Below are positions 1 to 9,365 of a stretch of DNA of 64,000 bases, piece by piece. Location: the NCBI GenBank assembly GCA_900540395.1, contig UQFQ01000002.1:78918-142917 (forward strand), written 5' to 3'. Made by a program: the position numbers and the translations under genes. Each line of letters opens with the position of its first letter. The stretch's first letter is position 1. The notes under the pieces are model-generated. The model did not search any database. It had not been told where the DNA came from and saw only the letters and a program-made list of their open reading frames with translations. This DNA comes from an uncultured Mollicutes bacterium. GTDB lineage: Bacteria; Bacillota_I; Bacilli_A; RFN20; CAG-826.

Positions 1-1
1 G

Positions 2-1447
2 TTTGATAACTTGATTCAAGTATCAACAATTTTTGATATTAATATTTTTAGTATTGATGCAAGTTATGAAAACTTAAAAGGTATTGTTGAAGACTTTAAA
101 AGTTATAACAAAGTTGTTTGGTCAACAAATTTAGAAGAAGATTATGATTATTATCAAGCAATTGCTAGTGGAGCAAATGGACTAATTAGTCCTAATTTTT
201 CAAAGTTAATTGAATGCTCTTCTAAATTTGATGAAGCTGGATTAACAAGTCGACAATTTATAAGTGCCCATCGAGGCGCAGTAAATAGTGAAGTTAATGA
301 GAACTCTTTAAGTTCTATTCAAAGAGCGGTTGATTTAAATGCTGACTTTGTTGAAATTGACCTTCAAATTACCGAAGATAAAGAAATTATGCTTTGTCAT
401 AATGATGCTTTAAAATACACAACAAGTTGTGAAGATGGATCGACTTTTCAAAGATTAACTTATGAAGAAACACAACAATATGTTCTAACCGATAACGGGG
501 TCGAAAAAAACGAAAAGATTCCAACTTTAAAAGAAGTTTTTGAAGCTAACAAAGATAATGACTTAAAATTCATCCTGGAATTTAAATTTGATCAAGGCTT
601 TTTAACTGGCAGTTGGGATGTTGCTAAATATGTCGATGAAATTGTCAGACAGTACGATATGGAAAATCGTGTTTTAGGTATAACTTTCTTTAAAATTTAC
701 TTTGAAAGCATGAATGAACATATGCCTTATATGCCTAAGATGTATTTAGGTTTAGATACAACTGATGTTGAATATAAGGGTGTAGAAGATGTTACTAGAT
801 TAATCAAATATTTTAAAAAATATACTACAGGTTTTGATATTGGATATAAGGATTCATTTAGTGAATACGCTAGTGATTATATTTCAAGAGGATATAATTT
901 AAACTCTTGGACATTTACAGACTATACTTCTTTTTCAAAGCCTTTAAATTTTGTTACAACTGATACTACTGATGAATTTGTTGAACTTGTTAAAGAAATT
1001 CATTTGCCATCAAAATATATGGTTTTTGAAAAAAGCAGTGATATTAGCGAGAATATTCAATTAGAAGTAGAGAAATTTAATGGTGAAAAAGAAACAAAAG
1101 ATCTTAAACTAAAGATACTAGAAGGTGATATTGACTCAGCTTATTTGACTTGCGTTGCATATTATGAAGACTCCCTTCATAATTATGGATTGTATAGTGA
1201 TATTTTTACTATTTCTAATCTTGAAAAAGGAGGACTAGAAGAAGAAAGTAAAGACTACATAAAGGGGAGTCAAGAGTTTAATATTACAAAAGACAATTAT
1301 TTAGATGAAATAGGAGAATTGACATATCATCATGACAATCTCGGCTTAATTATTTCTCTTTCAATAGCTATACCTTTATTATGTGTTTTTGTTGGAGTTT
1401 TAATTCTTGTCTTAGTTAGAAAAAAATTGATAAAAATTAAGAAATAA
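2..1447 (+). CDS. Glycerophosphodiester phosphodiesterase (GDPD) family protein with C-terminal membrane anchor; 5' end cut by window edge
   Basis: The frame stays open back to base 2, so the TTG at 11 is probably not the real start. GDPD catalytic region 'FISAHRGA..NENSL..AVDLNADFVEIDLQITEDKEIMLCHND'. The first ~70 aa ('VVWSTN..GANGLISPNF') look like the tail of a preceding GDPD-type barrel. C-terminal helix 'LGLIISLSIAIPLLCVFVGVLILVLV' followed by RKKLIKIKK. Confidence 0.8.
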   Translation, partial: FDNLIQVSTIFDINIFSIDASYENLKGIVEDFKSYNKVVWSTNLEEDYDYYQAIASGANGLISPNFSKLIECSSKFDEAGLTSRQFISAHRGAVNSEVNENSLSSIQRAVDLNADFVEIDLQITEDKEIMLCHNDALKYTTSCEDGSTFQRLTYEETQQYVLTDNGVEKNEKIPTLKEVFEANKDNDLKFILEFKFDQGFLTGSWDVAKYVDEIVRQYDMENRVLGITFFKIYFESMNEHMPYMPKMYLGLDTTDVEYKGVEDVTRLIKYFKKYTTGFDIGYKDSFSEYASDYISRGYNLNSWTFTDYTSFSKPLNFVTTDTTDEFVELVKEIHLPSKYMVFEKSSDISENIQLEVEKFNGEKETKDLKLKILEGDIDSAYLTCVAYYEDSLHNYGLYSDIFTISNLEKGGLEEESKDYIKGSQEFNITKDNYLDEIGELTYHHDNLGLIISLSIAIPLLCVFVGVLILVLVRKKLIKIKK

Positions 1448-1535
1448 TTACGCATATTTACTAAATAACCTACTAAATATTAAGAAAGTAAAGAATATAA
1501 TTTACAATTTAGAAAACAAAAAAGAGGATAAATTT

Positions 1536-3101
1536 ATGAAGAAAAAGTTTTTATTGGTAAGTGGAGTATTACTTTGTGCGAGTATGCTTGTTACTTCTTG
1601 TGGAGGTGGAGATGAACCAGGTCCAAATCCTGATCCAAATCCAAATCCTGGTCCAGCTGAGGACATTAATTTAATCGATTCAAGAGAAGATCTTTTTACT
1701 GCTGTTAGTGGTGCTTTAGATGAAAGTGGAAATTTTGTTGCTGATGGAAAAGAAGAAGATTTCCCATCTTTATATGAAGCAGCTAACTATGTTTTTGATG
1801 ACTGTGATAATGGCAGTTATGTCAAATTAAAAGGCGATACTGAAAACAATATTTTATATCAAAAGAGAAGTGGACAAGCTGGTATTGATGGAGCCATTAA
1901 AGATCAATGGTTCTATTATAGAGATGGCAGCACACTTGATGGATATTCAGAATATTTAACTGGTGATACTGATTTCTTCCATGGCGAAAAAGTTACTCGT
2001 TTAATGGCTAGTAGCGCCAATTTAAAATACACATATCAACCTTATGCTTTAATTGCTAGAGAAGGTCATGCTGAAACAACAGCAGCTTGGAATATTCTTC
2101 CACTTATGGATACATCAATTAGATATAATCCAAAGGCTTTCGTTGGTATGAGAAATGAAGTTGTTTCTATTCAATTAAGTGATGCTAGAATTAGACCTTC
2201 ATATAATGAAACTCAAAAAGCAGTACCTACAATTACTCTTTCTACCACCGATTCATTCTTCTGGTCTAACCAAGGTATTTGGATGGATACAGATACTGGA
2301 AATTGGTATTTTGTCGAAGGTGAAACTCAATCAGATGTCAAATCTTTAACCTATGATTCAATGGAAGGAAACCCTGTTATTTTAACTTCAACATGGGATG
2401 AAGAAAAACAAGAATGGACACCAGATGGTGACATTAAGATGTCTCTTGAATATGTTCAAGATCCTGAGATGGAAGTTTGGCTTTTTGATTTTTCAATTGA
2501 AGTTACAGTCGACGGAGAAACAAAAACTTACGAAAACGTTTATGAAAACATCAACGCTACCGGTAGAGGCACCCCTAGATTAAATATTTCTTTAGATATG
2601 GTTGCTGCTACTGATGATTATGACGAAACAACCTTTGCTCCTGATTTTATGTCTGGCGCTTATTTTAAAGGTATTAATGTGACTGAAGCAAAAGGAACAG
2701 TACCTGAAGGATTAACCGATGAAGAATATCAAGGTGATGCTGATATGTGTGGTGTACCAGGAGAAACATATAGTTTCCTTGCAAAAGATATGGGAGAAGA
2801 TAATCCATCTGATGTTGAAATCATTTTAGATCACTACGATGCTATTACTTATCATGAAGATATTACAGATAGCGATGTCTTTGATATTTCTTATGAACAA
2901 AGAGCTAGTGATAAAGCTAGAACTGACGAAGTTGCTGAAGTTGAAAAATTAATTGCTCAAATTCCTGAAGATGCAACAAGTAGTGATGCAAGCGTTATTA
3001 AAGCAAGTGCAAAATATGAACCACTTGAAACAACACAACAAAGATTAATTAGATATTTTGACGGATATACAGCATTAGAAGACGCTTTAAATAGAGGTTA
3101 A
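1536..3101 (+). CDS. Lipoprotein of unrecognised family (paralogue A)
   Basis: RBS 'agagga' upstream. Signal peptide with lipobox 'LVTS-C22', then 'GGGDEPGPNPDPNPNPGP' linker. No motif I recognise in the remaining ~480 aa. Weak similarity to the next ORF ('VSIQLSDARIRPSYNE' vs 'ATVRMSEMRYRPASDG'). Confidence 0.75.
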   Translation: MKKKFLLVSGVLLCASMLVTSCGGGDEPGPNPDPNPNPGPAEDINLIDSREDLFTAVSGALDESGNFVADGKEEDFPSLYEAANYVFDDCDNGSYVKLKGDTENNILYQKRSGQAGIDGAIKDQWFYYRDGSTLDGYSEYLTGDTDFFHGEKVTRLMASSANLKYTYQPYALIAREGHAETTAAWNILPLMDTSIRYNPKAFVGMRNEVVSIQLSDARIRPSYNETQKAVPTITLSTTDSFFWSNQGIWMDTDTGNWYFVEGETQSDVKSLTYDSMEGNPVILTSTWDEEKQEWTPDGDIKMSLEYVQDPEMEVWLFDFSIEVTVDGETKTYENVYENINATGRGTPRLNISLDMVAATDDYDETTFAPDFMSGAYFKGINVTEAKGTVPEGLTDEEYQGDADMCGVPGETYSFLAKDMGEDNPSDVEIILDHYDAITYHEDITDSDVFDISYEQRASDKARTDEVAEVEKLIAQIPEDATSSDASVIKASAKYEPLETTQQRLIRYFDGYTALEDALNRG

Positions 3102-3106
3102 TATCA

Positions 3107-4522
3107 ATGAAACACAAAAGATTTTTATCAATATTATCTCTATCTTTCCTTGCAGCTTGCTCTTTAGCAAGCTGTGGAGGTGGCGATGAACCAGGACCTG
3201 GACCAGGCCCTGATCCAGATCCAACCCCAACTGAACCAACAGTTGAAAATCCTTTAGTAGTTGATGAAATTACAGCTGATAGTGAAGGCATAAAACTTGT
3301 TGCTCCTTTTACCATTTATACAGAAGATGGTGGAACTCCAGAAGAACTTGAATACAATACTGAAACTTTTGATTCTAATGTATTCGAGAATATGTATGAA
3401 GCAATTAGAGTTGCTGGAGCAAATTCGACTAACGCAAATAAATTACAAGTTCAAGATGCTAATCACACACAAATTTTCATTCGTCAAAAAGCCAGTAACT
3501 GGTTCGTTTTTGATGGACATGATTATGTAGGAACTGATTCTCAAACAACTTGTAAAGAATATATTGATTCTCATCCAGATGCTTATGGAATTTATGGACA
3601 AGGTAGCGGCTATGCCTATCTTGGAAGAGAAGATTATGTTGATGAAATGGAATTAAGTGAATCTCAACTTGAACTTAATGCCGGTGCTTATAACTATATG
3701 TTCTCTAAAAATGGGGTAGGAGCTGGAGAGAGTGGTCAAAACCTCAATGGTTTCTCTTATGTTACGGCAACCGTTAGAATGAGCGAAATGAGATATCGTC
3801 CTGCTAGTGATGGTGATGGATGGAACGCTTATATTTTCATTAACTTAAGAGCTGGTATTATTTCTGACCTTGGCTTGATTGGTAATTTGATGAGTGACAA
3901 TACAGTTCAATGGAGACTTGTTAGAAACTGTACATCTACTTCACACGGAACTGCCGGTTTCTTGACTTTCCCAGATAAAGGAATTGTCAATCAATCAACA
4001 AAATATGATGCAGAAACCGGAGAATATTACGGATTTGATGATCTATATTTTGAAGCTTGTGGCTTAAGTAATGGTTGGCTTTTAAACATTACTAATTTAA
4101 GAACAGGACAAACTTATTCACTTGATGAAAGACATTATCAAAGCGATGGAGTTACTCCTCTTGTTGAAAATCCAGATCCAATTTATTATCAAGCATTAAT
4201 TGCTTCTAGCTATTGTCCAGTTGTAGGAAATGTCTGGAACTGGGATTGTGGCGCATCAACTACAAATGTCTTATGGGAAAATATCACTATGCAAAGATAT
4301 GTTGATGATAATATTGAAACATATCGTAATGCAGATGATTCTTTAAAATATAAATTTACCCCTGATAGTGATTATTTAAGAGATGGTTATTCACAAGGTG
4401 CATTTGCTGCTTCTCATGAATTTGGTGTTTATGAAGAAGATGGTGTTTATGCAAGTGGTGCAACATATAAAAAAGGAGATACATACTTATCTCAAAGTGT
4501 AAGTTATACTAATCCTTGGTAA
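3107..4522 (+). CDS. Lipoprotein of unrecognised family (paralogue B)
   Basis: Starts 5 nt after the previous stop. Lipobox 'LAS-C23' then 'GGGDEPGPGPGPDPDPTPTEP'. The nucleotide stretch tgtggaggtgg[a/c]gatgaaccagg is nearly identical to that in 1536..3101. The rest has no recognisable family. Confidence 0.75.
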   Translation: MKHKRFLSILSLSFLAACSLASCGGGDEPGPGPGPDPDPTPTEPTVENPLVVDEITADSEGIKLVAPFTIYTEDGGTPEELEYNTETFDSNVFENMYEAIRVAGANSTNANKLQVQDANHTQIFIRQKASNWFVFDGHDYVGTDSQTTCKEYIDSHPDAYGIYGQGSGYAYLGREDYVDEMELSESQLELNAGAYNYMFSKNGVGAGESGQNLNGFSYVTATVRMSEMRYRPASDGDGWNAYIFINLRAGIISDLGLIGNLMSDNTVQWRLVRNCTSTSHGTAGFLTFPDKGIVNQSTKYDAETGEYYGFDDLYFEACGLSNGWLLNITNLRTGQTYSLDERHYQSDGVTPLVENPDPIYYQALIASSYCPVVGNVWNWDCGASTTNVLWENITMQRYVDDNIETYRNADDSLKYKFTPDSDYLRDGYSQGAFAASHEFGVYEEDGVYASGATYKKGDTYLSQSVSYTNPW

Positions 4523-4539
4523 TAAAGGAGGCCAAATAA

Positions 4540-6210
4540 ATGATGGAAAAAAGATTTTTCTTTGCATTGTTTGCCATAACAATGCTCACAGGTGGGAGTT
4601 TACTTTCTTGCGGAGAAGCAATTGATCCAACAGGAGATTGGACAATTGATGTTGACGCAACTAAAGGGGATATTACATTAAATACTTACTTCCCAGCTTT
4701 TGGTCAAAGTAACGACAAGGTACAAAATGGTTTTATCGCAAATGAACTTGAAAAAATGACGGGTTATAAAGTTACTTATAACCAGACAAGCGAATCTAAT
4801 GCAGATAGTCAAGTTCAAGCTATTTTAACTGGAAAAGAGCCAGTTGATGTTTTAAAAATATCGCCTACTTTGTTCAATAACTACGTAACTCAAGGATATT
4901 TTACTGATTTAACAGAAGGTATTGAAAAGTATGGTGATAACATTAATACCGTTGCTGAAATCAGCGATGAAGAGTGGGAAGCCTGCACTTATAATGGTAA
5001 GGTTTATGCCATTCCTGAAGTTGGACATACTTCAATGGTTAACGTTGCTCTTGTTTGGAACTATGACCATTTAAAAGAAGTTGGTATAAACAAGATTCCT
5101 GAAACAATTTCCGAATTTGATACTGCTGTAAGAGCTCTTCAAGCTCATTTTGGTGAAAATAATGCTAATTATCATGCCTTAGGTCTTGCTGGAACAAACG
5201 CTGAATTCAATCCAATTACCGCAGCATTTGATATGCCAAAGAACTGGTTTGAAAACGAAAATGGCGAACTTGAAAATGCTTTATTTAGTGATCGTACCGA
5301 AGCTTATTTAAATTATATGCATGGCATTTATGAAGCAAGTTGTTTAGCTCAAGGTTGGTCAACACAAATGGAATCAAGCATCATCAATAACTTCGTCAAC
5401 CAAAATTGTAGCGTTATGAATGTTTCTTATTGGAACGTTACAAACTTAAGACAATCCTGTGTTGCTTCTTATGACTTCCCAGAAGGCGTTAATACTGACA
5501 CCAAAAAAACAAATCATGTTTATGGAACTTTAGATCATGAATATGGCTATGCAAGTAGTGACGCAATGATTCAATGGCAAGTCTACTTAAAAGGCGATGG
5601 AACTAACGGAACAAACTATCAAGAAGCTGGCAAATCTCGTGATTCTAAAGGTATTGCTTATTATATTGTTGTTCCTGTTGCTAGTGCTAAAAGAGCGGCA
5701 TATTCACTTGATTGGATTAACTCCAAGATGGAAGAAGATGTTTCTCAAATGATGAGTGCTGGAATTGAAGGAACACACTTTGAATATTCAACCGCTGATG
5801 ATAAAGAAGCAGTTAAACTTATTACTGAAGATGGTGAAGAAGAGGAATACGCAAAAATTCTTGATCAATATAGTAATGACATTTCAGGTATGAGCCAATA
5901 TCAAACTGGTGTTAATAAAAAAGTAGCTAGAAAATGGTGGCCACTTGCTGAACAAGGTTTTGATGCTTGGTCTGTTCTTGCTCTTGATGATAGTCGAGTA
6001 ATTTATGATCCGTTTGCTGTTCACCCAGTTTTACCAAATTTTGCTAGAGTTGACTTAACAGCACAAAATTATGTTATTACTCAACTTCAAAATTGCATCA
6101 ATCAAGGTGGCGATACTTTAGCTAATGCTAGAAATACCTATACCTCAAGATATTGGACTGATACCATCAAAAACGAAGTTAATGATTGGTATAAAAGTTC
6201 TAAAAACTAA
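4540..6210 (+). CDS. ABC transporter extracellular solute-binding lipoprotein (large LplA/YtcQ-like sugar SBP)
   Basis: Strong RBS 'aggagg' 8 nt upstream. Lipobox 'LLS-C'. The ~550 aa size and position directly upstream of LplB/LplC-type permeases fit this family. Confidence 0.8.
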   Translation: MMEKRFFFALFAITMLTGGSLLSCGEAIDPTGDWTIDVDATKGDITLNTYFPAFGQSNDKVQNGFIANELEKMTGYKVTYNQTSESNADSQVQAILTGKEPVDVLKISPTLFNNYVTQGYFTDLTEGIEKYGDNINTVAEISDEEWEACTYNGKVYAIPEVGHTSMVNVALVWNYDHLKEVGINKIPETISEFDTAVRALQAHFGENNANYHALGLAGTNAEFNPITAAFDMPKNWFENENGELENALFSDRTEAYLNYMHGIYEASCLAQGWSTQMESSIINNFVNQNCSVMNVSYWNVTNLRQSCVASYDFPEGVNTDTKKTNHVYGTLDHEYGYASSDAMIQWQVYLKGDGTNGTNYQEAGKSRDSKGIAYYIVVPVASAKRAAYSLDWINSKMEEDVSQMMSAGIEGTHFEYSTADDKEAVKLITEDGEEEEYAKILDQYSNDISGMSQYQTGVNKKVARKWWPLAEQGFDAWSVLALDDSRVIYDPFAVHPVLPNFARVDLTAQNYVITQLQNCINQGGDTLANARNTYTSRYWTDTIKNEVNDWYKSSKN

Positions 6211-6284
6211 TTAATTGAGTTAATTAAAAACAATTAAAATCTCTACTTAAAAGCAGAAAAGAAATAAAGAAAAGACGTTTGATT

Positions 6285-7313
6285 ATGGAAAGTTTTGTTA
6301 TTGGAAATAAGAAAAGAAAAAAACTAAATAGTAGTTCTTTAAACTACTTTCATCGTGTTGGAGTAAAGATAAAAAAGTATGCTTCAATCTTCTGGTTTAT
6401 TTTGCCAGCCATGATTTTAGCCTTTCTTTTTGGTTATGTTCCTTTAATCTTTATTCTTGCTGCTTTTAAGTCTGATTTTATTTTAGCTATCAACTCGCCT
6501 CTAGTTGAACTTTTTAGAAATAACTGGAGTTTTGTGCAGTTTACGAAATTATTTGGGGATAATAGTGAACAATTTTTATTAGCGTTATCCAATACATTAA
6601 TCATTAATGTTATTAAAATTTGTCTTGTTTTCCCTTTCTCAATTTTACTTGCAATTATGCTAAGTGAAGTAAAGTCAACATTTGCAAGTAAACTTATTTT
6701 AATTATTTTGTGTCTTCCAAACTTCTTATCATGGCCAACAGTTATTGGTATTTGGAACAACTTATTTAGAGATCAAAATGGTGTTATTAATAATCTTTTG
6801 ATGTCGATGGGGTTAATTAAAGAGCCAATCTTCTGGTTTGGCGATAATATTGGAGGAATTGCGGGATTCAACTTGTTCAAGTTCTTTGCAATTTTAATGG
6901 ATGCTTGGAAAGGAAGTGGATGGAATTCCATCATGATTTATACAGCTATTATGAGTATTGATAAATCTTACTATGAAGCTAGTGAAATCGATGGATGTAA
7001 CAAAGTTAAACAAGTCTGGTATTTAACTCTTCCTTCAATCTTCCCAATTATTGCGCTCATGTTTATCATGAATATAACTTATATTTTATCGAGTGGATTT
7101 GAACAAATTAATTTATTGGCACAGATTTCTGATCCAAGTTTAAAAGAAAGAATGAAAACACTTGATGTTTATCTTTATGAAGTGGCCCTTGGTGCAGGAG
7201 CGGATATGTCTTTTGCAACGGCTTTAGGTATCTTTAATTCATCAATTTCATTAATCTTAATGCTTGCTGGAAATCAAATAGCAAAGAAGTTCTTACATAG
7301 AGGTTTATGGTAA
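6285..7313 (+). CDS. Sugar ABC transporter permease (LplB-type)
   Basis: Six hydrophobic segments. EAA loop 'YEASEIDGCNKVKQVWYLTLPSI'. I prefer the ATG at 6285 over the TTG at 6279. Confidence 0.85.
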   Translation: MESFVIGNKKRKKLNSSSLNYFHRVGVKIKKYASIFWFILPAMILAFLFGYVPLIFILAAFKSDFILAINSPLVELFRNNWSFVQFTKLFGDNSEQFLLALSNTLIINVIKICLVFPFSILLAIMLSEVKSTFASKLILIILCLPNFLSWPTVIGIWNNLFRDQNGVINNLLMSMGLIKEPIFWFGDNIGGIAGFNLFKFFAILMDAWKGSGWNSIMIYTAIMSIDKSYYEASEIDGCNKVKQVWYLTLPSIFPIIALMFIMNITYILSSGFEQINLLAQISDPSLKERMKTLDVYLYEVALGAGADMSFATALGIFNSSISLILMLAGNQIAKKFLHRGLW

Positions 7314-7314
7314 T

Positions 7315-8223
7315 ATGAAAAGCCCATTTATTAGTGTTCATAAAAAAAGACTTAAAAAGATCATTAAAAAACCAACTAGTGATCGTGTTTTAAGTGGAAT
7401 TAATATTGCTTTACTTATATTTTTCTGTCTTATTGTTATAATTCCTCTTTTAAACTTATTAGCTTTTGCTTTTTCAACTGGAACTAGAAATAGCGAAGTT
7501 ACTTTTTTACCAGCTGGCTTTACATTTGATATGTTTGCTTATGTCATGAATGATTTTGCTTTCTGGAGAAGTTTAGGTAATAGTGTAATTATTACCTTTG
7601 CTGTAACAATTTTGTCCAATTTGTTTATGGCAATGGCGGCTTACCCACTCTCTAAACCAGATTTTCCATTTAAAAAAGGAATTCTTGTTTTCTTCATTAT
7701 TACCATGTTATTTAGCGCTGGTATTGTTCCTTCAGTTTTACTTTTAAGAGGTCTTGGTTTATATGGAACAATTTGGGCAGTTATCTTAATTTCAATTAAT
7801 AACGTCTTCAATATGCTTTTATATAAATCTTTCTTTGAAGGTTTACCAAAAGAAACAATCGAAGCAGCCGAAGTTGATGGAACAACAAACTTCCAAATGT
7901 TTATTAAAATTGTTCTTCCAATGTCTTTACCTGTCTTTGCTAGTTGCTGTTTCTTCTCAATTGTTGGAACATGGAACTCATATAGTGGAGCTTTAATGTT
8001 TATTGGAACAACAAGTGATAAAGAAGCTTATTGGTCACTTTCTCTATACATTTATAATCTTTTACAAACAGATCCATCAAACGATCCAACTAGTTTCTTA
8101 AATATGAATTTAACTAATGTTCAAAGTGCATCAATTGTTATTTCAGTTATACCAATTTTAATAATCTATCCATTTGTTATTCGTTACATTAAAAGTGGCA
8201 TTACTTTGGGGAGTGAAAAATAA
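7315..8223 (+). CDS. Sugar ABC transporter permease (LplC-type)
   Basis: EAA loop 'IEAAEVDGTTNFQMFIKIVLPMSLP'. Starts 1 nt after the preceding stop. Confidence 0.85.
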   Translation: MKSPFISVHKKRLKKIIKKPTSDRVLSGINIALLIFFCLIVIIPLLNLLAFAFSTGTRNSEVTFLPAGFTFDMFAYVMNDFAFWRSLGNSVIITFAVTILSNLFMAMAAYPLSKPDFPFKKGILVFFIITMLFSAGIVPSVLLLRGLGLYGTIWAVILISINNVFNMLLYKSFFEGLPKETIEAAEVDGTTNFQMFIKIVLPMSLPVFASCCFFSIVGTWNSYSGALMFIGTTSDKEAYWSLSLYIYNLLQTDPSNDPTSFLNMNLTNVQSASIVISVIPILIIYPFVIRYIKSGITLGSEK

Positions 8224-8226
8224 AAT

Positions 8227-9354
8227 ATGTTTACGCAAGAAGAAATTAATAAAGCTTATAAATATGTTAAAGAAGATGATGATAACTTCTTTAATGATTT
8301 TGAAATGGAGTATCATGACCCATATAATGAAAACGAATTTAAGTTTTATGGAAGTGGCGTTATTGAACATAAAACTTTAGGAAGATTTACTGAAGAAGAA
8401 ATTAATAAAGTAAAACTAGTTTCTAAAGATGTGCCTTGGTTAGCTACTCAAAGTGCTGGTATTCAAATTCATTTTAAAACTGATTCTAGATTAATTACTG
8501 TTCGTGCCTTTGAAAATGGAGTTCATGATATGAAAAACATGAACTTTATGGCTCAATGCGGATTTGATTTGTATTACAAAGAAAATGGGCAATATATTTA
8601 CCATAACTCAACTTTTGGAAACTATATTGATGCTAAAAAATTCGTTGCAAATCTAGGGGTTTTTAGAGAAAAAAAGGAAAGAGAAATTGTAATTAATTTA
8701 CCTCTTTATATAGGGCTAGTAACTCTTGATATTGGACTTGAAAAAGGTTCAATAATTAAACCAAATTGTGACTTAAAGTCAGGAAGAATAGTTTGCTATG
8801 GAACAAGCATTCTTCAAGGAGGATGTGTCTCGCGTCCTGGACTTTGTATAACAAATGTATTATCACGTTATTTTGAAAGAGAAGTTTTAAATTATGGTTT
8901 TAGTGGAGCTGGACTTTTAGAAGAAGAAATTGGTGAAGTTATTGCTAGTCGAGACGATATTAAACTATTAATAATTGATGCTGAGGCTAATGCTGGTTGC
9001 GATAAACGGATGGTCAATAATTTTGAAAAATTTATAAATAAGTTTTATGAAAGATATCCTAATCTTCCAGTTATCGTCATGAATAAAACTAAAATGGCTA
9101 TTGATTCATTTTTACCACGTAACAAAGGAATGAAAATCTTTAATGATCGCTTTTTAAAAGCAATGGTTAATAAATATAAAAGGAAAGGGAAAGAAATCTA
9201 TTTCGTAGATAATTACCATATCTTTGATAAACAAGATATTGATAGTAGTGAATTTACTGTTGATGGTGTTCATCCTAATGATATGGGAATGCATTTATTG
9301 ACTAATAGCTATATAAAAGCGATTAAAAAGGTTAAATCTTTAGATTTAAAATAG
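8227..9354 (+). CDS. SGNH/GDSL-type esterase with N-terminal GxDLY domain
   Basis: 'CGFDLYY' (GxDLY motif). Block I 'CYGTSILQGG'. Block V 'DGVHPND'. No signal peptide, so cytoplasmic. Confidence 0.7.
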   Translation: MFTQEEINKAYKYVKEDDDNFFNDFEMEYHDPYNENEFKFYGSGVIEHKTLGRFTEEEINKVKLVSKDVPWLATQSAGIQIHFKTDSRLITVRAFENGVHDMKNMNFMAQCGFDLYYKENGQYIYHNSTFGNYIDAKKFVANLGVFREKKEREIVINLPLYIGLVTLDIGLEKGSIIKPNCDLKSGRIVCYGTSILQGGCVSRPGLCITNVLSRYFEREVLNYGFSGAGLLEEEIGEVIASRDDIKLLIIDAEANAGCDKRMVNNFEKFINKFYERYPNLPVIVMNKTKMAIDSFLPRNKGMKIFNDRFLKAMVNKYKRKGKEIYFVDNYHIFDKQDIDSSEFTVDGVHPNDMGMHLLTNSYIKAIKKVKSLDLK

Positions 9355-9365
9355 GGGTGATATTT

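Noticed and set aside
1611-3245. The Pro-X repeats (PGPNPDPNPNPGP and PGPGPGPDPDPTPTEP) as a tandem-repeat or contingency locus feature
   Set aside because: The repeats are short and imperfect at the DNA level, and any change would be in frame. This is mentioned only as a possible linker-length variation, not as a phase-variation switch.
2398-3530. Track ORFs 2398..2583(+), 3049..3315(-) and 3297..3530(+), nested in or antisense to the two lipoprotein genes
   Set aside because: They lie entirely within longer ORFs that have clear signal peptides and RBSs. The 3049..3315 product ('GSGSGPGPGPGSSPPP') is just the antisense reading of the Pro-rich linker. They have no RBS and a low-complexity composition.
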